Shown here one piece after another: positions 1-7,370 of a stretch of 64,000 nt of DNA. A program made the translations under genes and the position numbers. Source of the DNA: an uncultured Actinomycetaceae bacterium (lineage in GTDB: Bacteria; Actinomycetota; Actinomycetes; Actinomycetales; Actinomycetaceae); the NCBI GenBank assembly GCA_965120455.1, contig CBCPNB010000019.1, positions 2,060 through 66,059 of the forward strand, written 5' to 3'. Under the pieces are notes generated by a model. That model saw only the letters and a list, made by a program, of their open reading frames with translations. It had not been told where the DNA came from and did not search any database. Position 1 is the stretch's first letter, and every line of letters starts with the position of its first letter.

Positions 1-584
1 CAGGCGCGCCAGATTTTGCTCGCTAGCCAATCTTGAAGAGGAACATTGCGCTTGTTCCCGCCTTTACCATGAACCCTAAGGTTGGATTTATTCCCGTATT
101 CTAGGGTTATGTCGTTTTGATGAATTACGGCTATTTCCATGCCTCTTAAGCCTGCTCCGGCGGCGATTTCCAGGATGAGTCTGGTGCGTGGCGTGGCTTC
201 GGTTAGGCTTTCAGCTAGGAGGTATTCAGGAATTGGTCGCGGCCAAGCTCGAGGGATTTTAACAGTGGGGAGGCTTGCCGCCGGATTGGGGTGGAGGTCA
301 AGAAGTTTATAAAATTGACGGAGACCAACGTAGAAGCTTTTGCGGGTCTCTGGTGTCCAGTTTTGCTTGGCAGCCCAGTTGAGTAGTTCTTGTTTGCCGA
401 TCTTGGTGGGGAGGATGTCGGGGAAGTTCCTAGCAAGGTAGGAGAGTTGTCGGTTTCTAGTTTTTATTGTTTCCGAGGTGTGCCCTTTGGTGCGGAGGAT
501 TTCTTTAAATTCTGTGATTAATTCTTGCCATTGGGGTGGGACGGGTTTGTGTTTACCGGTATTTAGGTTCATTCCTAGGTTCAT
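1..584 (-). CDS. Tyrosine recombinase / phage-type integrase, N-terminal 194 codons (C-terminus lies beyond the window start)
   Basis: Absent from the ORF track because it runs off the window. Manual reverse translation from ATG (584-582) is open for all 194 codons: MNLGMNLNTGKHKPVPPQWQELITEFKEILRTKGHTSETIKTRNRQLSYLARNFP...RLILEIAAGAGLRGMEIAVIHQNDI...LRVHGKGGNKRNVPLQDWLASKIW. It shows a SAM-like core-binding N-domain, the GLRxxE box-I arginine and the hGKGxKxRxVPL motif. A GGAGG lies about 10 nt upstream (cctcc at 596-600 on the + strand). Confidence 0.8.
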   Translation of the reverse strand, partial: MNLGMNLNTGKHKPVPPQWQELITEFKEILRTKGHTSETIKTRNRQLSYLARNFPDILPTKIGKQELLNWAAKQNWTPETRKSFYVGLRQFYKLLDLHPNPAASLPTVKIPRAWPRPIPEYLLAESLTEATPRTRLILEIAAGAGLRGMEIAVIHQNDITLEYGNKSNLRVHGKGGNKRNVPLQDWLASKIWRA

Positions 585-747
585 TTTGTGGGTTACCTCC
601 AGAAAATTAAGATATCTTGATTCGAAATTGGTTTTTTATTTTTGATATGGGGCTTGATTTCTTCAAGGAAAGATTAGATAATTAGGCAGCAAGAATACAT
701 ACTATAGAAACGAGCAGTCTAGCTAAAGTGCTTGTCACCCGTTGGTC

Positions 748-772
748 CTGGGTTCGAGCCCCAGCGGGGGCG
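748..772 (+). other. Orphan tRNA 3'-end fragment (T-arm plus 3' acceptor strand), candidate att core
   Basis: CTGGG/TTCGAGC/CCCAG forms a perfect 5-bp T-stem with a 7-nt TTCGAGC loop (748-764). It is followed by CGGGGGC (765-771) and discriminator G (772). No complementary GCCCCCG 5' strand, D-arm or convincing anticodon arm occurs in 690-747. Confidence 0.55.
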
Positions 773-985
773 CTTGTACTTATGCTTGGGGATACTCGAA
801 CTTCGAGCCGGTGGCAGGTTTTGCTACCAGATAACAGAACATGCGTGGTCGCGAATATGTGGCGAGACTTTGTCCCCGTAGATAGCGGAAATGGTGCGTA
901 GTCGCGAAGCAAAATTACGGGGAATGTATTCCAGCAGGTGAGTGCGCTTAGCTAGGGGATTACGTCTGCGTCTATCATTGGGTGC

Positions 986-1387
986 ATGCGTTTTCGCTTC
1001 ACTGATAGTGGATTTCTTCCCTATGCTCTTGGTCGAGGACCACTCCAGTTAGATCCGGAGGAGATACGTTCACACTTTTGTTGGGATCCGCATCGAGAGT
1101 ACATTTATAGTCAAGAAACTCTATTCGATGGTCCAGTGGAGACAAGTTTTGCCTTTAGCTTTCGCACTATCGCTAACTTATTTGCTCAGGCCAGAAAGTC
1201 CGAAGGAACAGAAGTTTTATTGCAATCTTTGCCCACGTCAGCCAGAGAAGAATTACAAAAGGCCGTGAAGATTGTGTGTGAGGCTGGCTGGAAGGTTACG
1301 GGTAGCTTTACCCAGCGGTCGAAAAAGACCGAACGTATTTCTCTTACTGTGCAAAATGTGTCGCGTTTACTTGAGTCGCTTAGCTAG
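986..1387 (+). CDS. Hypothetical protein (133 aa), no recognisable motif
   Basis: ORF from the track only. No motif was recognised and the ribosome-binding site is weak. Confidence 0.35.
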   Translation: MRFRFTDSGFLPYALGRGPLQLDPEEIRSHFCWDPHREYIYSQETLFDGPVETSFAFSFRTIANLFAQARKSEGTEVLLQSLPTSAREELQKAVKIVCEAGWKVTGSFTQRSKKTERISLTVQNVSRLLESLS

Positions 1388-1709
1388 AAGGCTGTAGATA
1401 GTCGCATTGTCACTTGGGGAGGAGTGTTGGATGGGTATCGCACGAGTTTGAATTGCGTTTATCTGTAGATTGCGGGTTGAACGCGTAAATTAGAGGTGCC
1501 CGATAGACGGGTATTGCTAGAAGCTAACCGTTTTTCAGCAGGTAGTTGAGTCAAAGTGGAAGTGAGAGAATACGAGACGCGCAAAGGCAAGTGGGAGGAC
1601 TAGTCATTTCTATAGCCTGCTGAGCATTCATGCAGATACAAGTCTCAGTCAGCAAGTTTGACAGGGGCTGCTGGTGTGTTTTTGAAAAACAGGCACGAAG
1701 GGAGAAGCG

Positions 1710-2225
1710 ATGGGGTTATTTAAGCAAAAAACCAAGGAAACTGGACTTGAGTTACCAGAATCAGTGCGAGCGCATTTGGAAGATTTTGGACAAATTTTGA
1801 GTTATGAACCATTGGAGGAAGAATCCTGGGTGATTGCCTCGGAATTTGCGTTAGTGGTGGCTAACTCGCAGGGAGTAGTTTGCGCTGGCTTGTGGGCGGA
1901 TACCCAATACTGTGGGTGGGAGGCTGATTCTCGGCGCTTGTCGATTGTGTGGGTTGATCCCGAGCGTTCACCGTTCCAAGCAGTAACCGTTAGTGAGAAT
2001 CCAGTGGCTCTGATGCGCCTAATTACTCGCGAAGTAGAACGCCCAATCGTGCTGCGTCGTCAAGCGAAGGTGTCGCCTGGGACTACGGTGGTGGCAATTG
2101 CTCGTCGGCGCTTGGACGACAGTATTTTTACTAGCGCGGTGGTACGCGGCCAAAATAATGCAGATGCCACACAAGTGGCTTTGACTCTGGAGCAAGAAAT
2201 TCGCGAAGAATTGGGGATAGTCTAG
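1710..2225 (+). CDS. Hypothetical protein (171 aa)
   Basis: ATG is preceded by GAAGGGAGAAGCG. The ORF is clean and non-overlapping. No motif was recognised. Confidence 0.55.
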   Translation: MGLFKQKTKETGLELPESVRAHLEDFGQILSYEPLEEESWVIASEFALVVANSQGVVCAGLWADTQYCGWEADSRRLSIVWVDPERSPFQAVTVSENPVALMRLITREVERPIVLRRQAKVSPGTTVVAIARRRLDDSIFTSAVVRGQNNADATQVALTLEQEIREELGIV

Positions 2226-2319
2226 CGCACCTAGGTGGCGGCGAGAGTGGCTTTTTGGTGTATGTCACCTTGCTAGAATTTGCGTTCAGGGTTGCTTTTC
2301 AGTAACCTCAGTAGGGCAA

Positions 2320-2391
2320 TCCCGCGTAGCTCAATGGCAGAGCATCCGACTGTTAATCGGCAGGTTGCTGGTTCGAGTCCAGCCGCGGGAG
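2320..2391 (+). tRNA. tRNA-Asn (anticodon GTT)
   Basis: Manual cloverleaf: acceptor TCCCGCG/CGCGGGA, D-arm GCTC-AATGGCA-GAGC, anticodon arm TCCGA-CTGTTAA-TCGGC (anticodon GTT), variable loop AGGTT, T-arm GCTGG-TTCGAGT-CCAGC, discriminator G. CCA is not encoded. Confidence 0.9.
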
Positions 2392-2463
2392 CTTCGTTTT
2401 GTGCTGCTCTCAATTTCGTGTCGCTTCGTGGAATCGTTTTGTCGTGTTCTGTCGCCGATAAAT

Positions 2464-2510
2464 CTGTGGAAAAGTTGAAAGTTTAGGTCAAATTCGTAGG
2501 TTTTCCACAG
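2464..2510. promoter_or_regulatory. 10-bp perfect inverted repeat CTGTGGAAAA-N27-TTTTCCACAG between tRNA-Asn and the 2561 gene
   Basis: Arms are at 2464-2473 and 2501-2510, read directly. Each arm matches the DnaA-box pattern TTWTNCACA. It could be an operator or a hairpin. Confidence 0.4.
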
Positions 2511-2560
2511 CCCTAAAAGTTTTGCTGGTACCTGGTTGGCGCGTTGCATAGAGTCGCCGC

Positions 2561-3730
2561 ATGGAACAGATATGGAGTAATTGGGCCGCCCAGGTGGCAC
2601 TGCAGCAAAAATTGCCCGCTGGGGCTCGAATTGTGCTTGGAAGGCTGGCTGAACTAGCAGATGATGTTGGTCGGGGAGTGGCTTCCAATCAGTGGATCAT
2701 CTACTTGACGGGATTGTCAAAAAATACGGTTACACGTTCTTTTTGTACCTTGCAGGATCAGCAGATATTGCGTAGGTTTCCTCGTTATTGCGGCAATCTC
2801 AAACAGGATTCTGGTTTCGTTCTGTTAGAGAGCGTGTTGAACCAGAACCGAGAAGCTCTCAGGACTAGCCCAAAGACCGCGGCTGGATGTGCACCAAAGA
2901 GGAAAACTGGAGTAGACATAGACCCTCTAGGTAGGCCAGATACTGCAGCAATTATGGCAGAAAAAGCCAAAACTGCTAATTCCACTGGACTCAAAAACCT
3001 GCTAATATTATTGGAAAATAGTGATAATATTCTGAATAGAGCTCATTATTTGTCAGTGCTGGCACATACACTATCCAATAATTGTCAGTTGCGTTTTGCA
3101 GGGTTAGTAAACACGTTTCGTGCAGATTGGCAGATGTTTGCCAATCCGACAGCGCCTTTTGCCGAGGTTTCATCGCTAAGTTATGAATTAGCTACTCAAA
3201 ATCTATCGAAGCTGACTACTGCTACCGATCCGTGGGGAGTGCTAGGAGTGATGCTGAAAAATCGTTTGCTCCAAATGCGTCGCCAATATTGGCAAAATAC
3301 TCGGCGCACTCATAGTGGCGATCTCAGTGTTTTATTGCAAATGAGCGATACTAAATCCAAATTCTTGCCGGGCAAATTGGGTACTCCTTTGGTGATTGTA
3401 GATGAAATGCCCAATGTGTTAGCAGCTATTCGCTTAGTAACAGAGGCGGGGGCAGATGAGAGCATGGCCTTTGCTGTCACGAAACGCGTAATTGAGATTG
3501 CTGTGATGACTCCTGCCAATTTGCGGCCCAAAATTGTTGGCAGCGACAAACTTTTAGCTAGTTGGGGGATTAGCTCGCTAGTAGCTAGAGCCTGGAACTT
3601 GTTCCTGGTTGGTGGACGCGGGGACAGCGGTGTTTTGGGAGAGGAAAATAATCCACTGACGAATCGGCGTCTGCAAAATTTGTTGGCCTCTCTAGCTGCA
3701 GAACAGCTTTTGGATCGCCAAGGAGTTTGA
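2561..3730 (+). CDS. Hypothetical protein with N-terminal winged-helix/HTH-like region (389 aa)
   Basis: The N-terminus LPAGARIVLGRLAELADDVGRGVASNQWIIYLTGLSKNTVTRSFCTLQDQQILRR looks like a wHTH of the type found in plasmid/prophage Rep-like or MarR-like proteins. The remainder has no recognisable motif. Confidence 0.55.
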   Translation: MEQIWSNWAAQVALQQKLPAGARIVLGRLAELADDVGRGVASNQWIIYLTGLSKNTVTRSFCTLQDQQILRRFPRYCGNLKQDSGFVLLESVLNQNREALRTSPKTAAGCAPKRKTGVDIDPLGRPDTAAIMAEKAKTANSTGLKNLLILLENSDNILNRAHYLSVLAHTLSNNCQLRFAGLVNTFRADWQMFANPTAPFAEVSSLSYELATQNLSKLTTATDPWGVLGVMLKNRLLQMRRQYWQNTRRTHSGDLSVLLQMSDTKSKFLPGKLGTPLVIVDEMPNVLAAIRLVTEAGADESMAFAVTKRVIEIAVMTPANLRPKIVGSDKLLASWGISSLVARAWNLFLVGGRGDSGVLGEENNPLTNRRLQNLLASLAAEQLLDRQGV

Positions 3731-3996
3731 AGCTGGAGAGAGAATTAGCGAGCTCAGTAGTCCCCAAATCCGCTACTACCAAAAAGTGTGTTGCATAACA
3801 AAAATTTGCGTAGTCGAAGATAGCGGACAAATAGAACCCAGTAAATAGGCGAAAATCTGCGCTTTACGGGTACAAGTTGGAGACCGGAGTGAAATCAGCC
3901 CCGGTCTAAATCAAAACAGGTGTGCACGTCAGCGCTTAACCGGTGAGCGCCCCCTGGGCGTTAGTTTTATTCGTCGAATGAGAGAGTAGGCGCGTT

Positions 3997-6900
3997 TTGA
4001 ATACAACTACGGATAGAAGCGTGAAAGGATTTACGCAAAAGCGTTATTTAGGGTGGTGGCGCTTTCTTGCTGCAGCCGTGGCAGCCATTTTGATGCTGCT
4101 TTGTCTATGCAATTGTGCCAATCTGGCAGCGGTACATGCGAAAGAGGATACGATTGGGCCTGCCACAGAAAATGATTCGGAACAAACAGAGGATAGAACC
4201 CCAGATTTACAAAAGATTGAGACAAATACGGCCAGTGGTTCTGGCATTTCGCGGTTATCTTTTGACCAAGCAACAAATGCTGGTGGAGGAGTTGGCGCTG
4301 GCTACATGTGGAATGACATTTATTGGCTGGGAGCTTTCAAAGGACAAGAAAGCAATGCTTACGAATGGTGTGTCGATTTGGGGCTGCACTCTCCAGTTGG
4401 AGCGGGCACCATCGTCACTGAGCTGACTCCGCACTGGTGGGGACAAGAAAGCGTCAGCTACCTGCAGGTTACTAACGCCCAAATGGGTTGGATTTTAAAG
4501 AACAAAACCAATATCAACGATGCCAGCACTCAAGCTGCGATTGCTTTTCTGGTTCATGCCAACTACGAGCAACCAACAGGAAAACCCGAGCTGATAAAAA
4601 CTATGATTTCTGACCTTCTTTTAGCCAAAGAAAAAGGCAGTACAGGCAGTGAAATCATTGATCGAGCCAGCGAATTGATTCGTGCTGCCGAGGATGCCGG
4701 AGTAGCTGGCGTTTACCTGGACAAAGGTAGTTTGGAAAAACAGCGGGCTCAAGTTAAAAACGTGGGAATCAAAAATGGTGCCGGTCAGTGGATGAGTGGA
4801 CAAGCTTTCACACTCTCAATTCAAGGAGATGGCGTTTTCGAGCCGGTAGAGGGATACGAGTTGAGTCAGGATCAGAAAACCCTCAGTGGTAGAACTGTTT
4901 CTAGTCCGCTTAGCTTTTGGGTCCAGGCTACCAGCACGGGAACAGTTAAGGTCAGTGGAGTCATCCAAACTAAAGAACAGACAGTGCAGTTAGTGGATCG
5001 CGGGGGAAATAGTCAGTCAACTATTGAAATTGGCAAAGAAAAAGAACTAGAAATCCAGTTATCTGCACAAAACTTTGATTTGATCTACGATTTTCAGCCA
5101 ATCGCAACCAGCCAAGTAGCGGACAATGTGGTGAAAGACGGCAAGCTATCCGATACTTTGACGATTAGTGCCGATCCCGACTATCACCAAGGTCGGTGGA
5201 CCCAAATTGACTCCCAGTACGTGGCCGTATTATTCGATGGAACGGCTTATTTGGTTGGGGATGAACTGCCACAAAGTAGTTCATCCGACCAAATTCCAGC
5301 AGATGCCCAAGTAGTGGGACATGCAACTATCTTGGCCGACAACGGTCCAGGTGAGTATTCGATTACTATCGGCAGCTTATCTGAGGTCAGCGGATACGTA
5401 ACCTGGGTGTGGCAGGTTCGAAAAGCAGACCAAACAGCTACCTATACGGTTGGTGACACCAAATTTAGTGCTGCTGATTTTATCCACGCTGATTGGGCGG
5501 ATGCTTTTGGTTTAGCAGCTGAAACCACTTATCAGCTAGAGCCTTTCCAGCCAAAACTGATTTCGAATACCAAAGACTGCAAAATTAATCAGCCAGGAAA
5601 TATCAAACTTTGTGACCAGTTGACAGTCTACGCGGAGTCAGAGGCGAACCAAGGAATCTGGCCAACTATCAATAGTCAGCCAATTGAAGTGGTGTTCCAG
5701 GGAAGTGCTTATTACGTGGGAGAGACTCCCGGCGCAGTACAAGATGGGGTGCCTGAAACGGCAACACTAGTAGGGGAAGCTAATTTGACTGTTCACAAAG
5801 CTGGGACATATGAAATTGAAACTGACATTCAAGGAGATTACCAACCTGGCTTCATCACCTGGGTGTGGAAAGTGGAAAAAAGTGCCAATTTGGCTGAATA
5901 CGAGGTGGTAGTTGGAGGCAAAACCAAGATTTTAACTTCTGGTGACCTCATTTTGGCAGATTGGCAGGATCAATTTGGGTTAGAGGACGAAACAATCGTT
6001 CAGCAGTGGGAACCACACGTAGTTAGTGCGATTAGTTCACGTGAAACTGCTGATGGTACATTCCTGGTTGACGACGTTTGGGTAACTGGACTGCCTTCTA
6101 ACCACGGTCAATGGGAGGGAACTTGTCGTGCAGATAATACGTCAGAGACTTGTTTCGCTAAAGACGAAGAGTTCTTCACTCAAACCCTCTATTTTTACCC
6201 GCAAGGCCTAGAAGTTAACGAAGCAAATAAGTCAGCTGCAGAGATAATCGGTAGCGCTGAAGTTCCCGCTAAAAATGGATTTCATGCTTCAATTGGGTCA
6301 ACTGAATGGCTCTGGCCTCAAGATGCTAACGGCAATAACCGTGCTGGCACTGTTGTTTTCCAAACTAGTTTTGCCGGGGATGCTCGTCTCCCTGCATTTA
6401 TGACGGACATAGAGGATGAAACGGAACAAATTACCAGCGGAGTCCCTCACATGTCTTCCCTCGTGTCTGATCAAACTAGTGGTAGCAAACAAGTGGCTTC
6501 AACCGGTAGCGTGACTCTAGTAGACCAGGTTTCCTACAGCAATTTATCCCCGGGAAAAAACTATGCGCTGATTGGTTTGTTAGTCGACAAAAACACTGGG
6601 CAACCCATTCTGGATGTTCAAGGGAAAGAGATTCGAGCTGAAAGTTCGTTTACCCTAGATCAAGCTCACGGAAGCGTTGGACAAGTGTTCTCGGTAGAGG
6701 ACAGCAGTATTTTCGCTGGAAAAACAGTTGTCGTCTACGAATACATCTACGATCTAGCAAACTCCAAATCCACCACGGGAGACAGCCTGGTAGCGGCTGA
6801 CGCAGTCCCAGTCCTAGCGCACGAAAATCTAGGTGACACAGGACAAACTTTCTATGGGATAAGACTAAACACCACTGCCACTGATGCTGTTGATGGTGAC

Positions 6901-7278
6901 AAAACCATCGACGCGGCAGGTGAAGCTCGGATAGTTGATCTCGTTGAATACCAGAACCTGACTCCTGGGCGAGAATACCAAGTAAGTGGAACGTTGGTGT
7001 GGCAATCAACTGGTCAGCCAGTGACACAAAATGGTCAAGCTGTGACTGCGACAACCGTATTTATCCCTGAAAGTGAAAACGGGATAGTAACAGTGGAATT
7101 TAGATTCGATGCGACCAAACTAGGTGGAAAATCTGTGGTGGTGTTCGAAGACCTCTATCAAGATGGCCAAAAAGTTGCCACCCACTCTGACTTGAGCGAT
7201 CAAGGCCAGACAGTGCGGATCCACGAAGAAAAAACACTAGCCAGCACTGGAGCCAGTGGGGTTTTGCGGTTGTACTAA
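3997..7278 (+). CDS. Large secreted surface adhesin: signal peptide, thioester-type (TQxA) N-domain, three ~150-aa tandem domains, two VaFE/ester-bond-type domains, LAxTG motif; the membrane anchor is out of frame
   Basis: The signal peptide is WWRFLAAAVAAILMLLCLCNCANLAAVHA. Cys125 sits in AYEWCVDLG and Gln179 in STQAAIAF (TQxA motif). C-terminal repeats carry VVVYEYIY...HENLGDTGQT and VVVFEDLY...HSDLSDQGQT (HxDxxDxxQ-like). LASTG is at aa 1081-1085, and a stop follows 8 codons later. Confidence 0.85.
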   Translation: MNTTTDRSVKGFTQKRYLGWWRFLAAAVAAILMLLCLCNCANLAAVHAKEDTIGPATENDSEQTEDRTPDLQKIETNTASGSGISRLSFDQATNAGGGVGAGYMWNDIYWLGAFKGQESNAYEWCVDLGLHSPVGAGTIVTELTPHWWGQESVSYLQVTNAQMGWILKNKTNINDASTQAAIAFLVHANYEQPTGKPELIKTMISDLLLAKEKGSTGSEIIDRASELIRAAEDAGVAGVYLDKGSLEKQRAQVKNVGIKNGAGQWMSGQAFTLSIQGDGVFEPVEGYELSQDQKTLSGRTVSSPLSFWVQATSTGTVKVSGVIQTKEQTVQLVDRGGNSQSTIEIGKEKELEIQLSAQNFDLIYDFQPIATSQVADNVVKDGKLSDTLTISADPDYHQGRWTQIDSQYVAVLFDGTAYLVGDELPQSSSSDQIPADAQVVGHATILADNGPGEYSITIGSLSEVSGYVTWVWQVRKADQTATYTVGDTKFSAADFIHADWADAFGLAAETTYQLEPFQPKLISNTKDCKINQPGNIKLCDQLTVYAESEANQGIWPTINSQPIEVVFQGSAYYVGETPGAVQDGVPETATLVGEANLTVHKAGTYEIETDIQGDYQPGFITWVWKVEKSANLAEYEVVVGGKTKILTSGDLILADWQDQFGLEDETIVQQWEPHVVSAISSRETADGTFLVDDVWVTGLPSNHGQWEGTCRADNTSETCFAKDEEFFTQTLYFYPQGLEVNEANKSAAEIIGSAEVPAKNGFHASIGSTEWLWPQDANGNNRAGTVVFQTSFAGDARLPAFMTDIEDETEQITSGVPHMSSLVSDQTSGSKQVASTGSVTLVDQVSYSNLSPGKNYALIGLLVDKNTGQPILDVQGKEIRAESSFTLDQAHGSVGQVFSVEDSSIFAGKTVVVYEYIYDLANSKSTTGDSLVAADAVPVLAHENLGDTGQTFYGIRLNTTATDAVDGDKTIDAAGEARIVDLVEYQNLTPGREYQVSGTLVWQSTGQPVTQNGQAVTATTVFIPESENGIVTVEFRFDATKLGGKSVVVFEDLYQDGQKVATHSDLSDQGQTVRIHEEKTLASTGASGVLRLY
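5089..6426 (+). repeat. Three tandem ~150-aa domain repeats inside the adhesin gene
   Basis: The units start at DFQPIATSQ (aa 365), PFQPKLISN (aa 515) and EPHVVSAIS (aa 672). Each carries a shared GxWxxI/T...VxFxGxAYxVGE...TWVWxV...ADWxDxFGLxxET pattern. The third unit is more diverged. Confidence 0.65.
6448..7224 (+). repeat. Two tandem VaFE / Thr-Gln ester-bond-type Ig-like domains inside the adhesin gene
   Basis: Two parallel units were read: LVDQVSYSNLSPGKNYALIGLLVDKNTGQP...KTVVVYEYIY...HENLGDTGQT and IVDLVEYQNLTPGREYQVSGTLVWQSTGQP...KSVVVFEDLY...HSDLSDQGQT. Confidence 0.65.
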
Positions 7279-7340
7279 TTGGCCTAATAGCTATGAGTGG
7301 AGGCGCAGGACTTTGGCTAAGACACAGACGCCAACAATAA
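7260..7340 (+). other. Out-of-frame remainder of the cell-wall sorting signal (hydrophobic helix plus basic tail)
   Basis: The frame shifted by one nucleotide reads GFAVVLIGLIAMSGGAGLWLRHRRQQ*, ending at TAA 7338-7340. This is exactly the TM helix plus positively charged tail expected after LAxTG. Confidence 0.75.
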
Positions 7341-7370
7341 ACGCCATCCTCATTGTCATACTACCTAGAA

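Larger units (their letters stand above)
1..772. mobile_element. Probable right-hand end of an integrative element (integrase, AT-rich spacer, tRNA 3'-end remnant)
   Basis: The integrase gene is transcribed leftwards from 584. An AT-rich spacer follows at 585-747, then a tRNA 3' fragment at 748-772. The rest of the element would lie left of the window. Confidence 0.45.

Noticed and set aside
748-772. Possible 3' end of tmRNA (ssrA), a common integrase target.
   Set aside because: tmRNA ends in a ...CUCCACCA-type acceptor that pairs with a GGGG 5' end. This fragment ends CGGGGGC-G, and no tmRNA-like 5' end or tag reading frame is present nearby on either strand.
682-912. 76-aa minus-strand ORF from the track.
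   Set aside because: It spans the tRNA fragment and the repeat-containing intergenic DNA, and has no RBS and no motif. It is almost certainly spurious.
2464-2510. A replication origin (oriC), suggested by the DnaA-box-like words.
   Set aside because: Only two boxes are present here, plus two near recA. There is no dnaA/dnaN/rpmH context and no AT-rich unwinding element cluster.
2280-2688. Track ORFs 2280-2486 (+), 2331-2600 (-) and 2488-2688 (-).
   Set aside because: They overlap tRNA-Asn, the inverted repeat or the 5' end of the 2561 gene, and have no coding signals.
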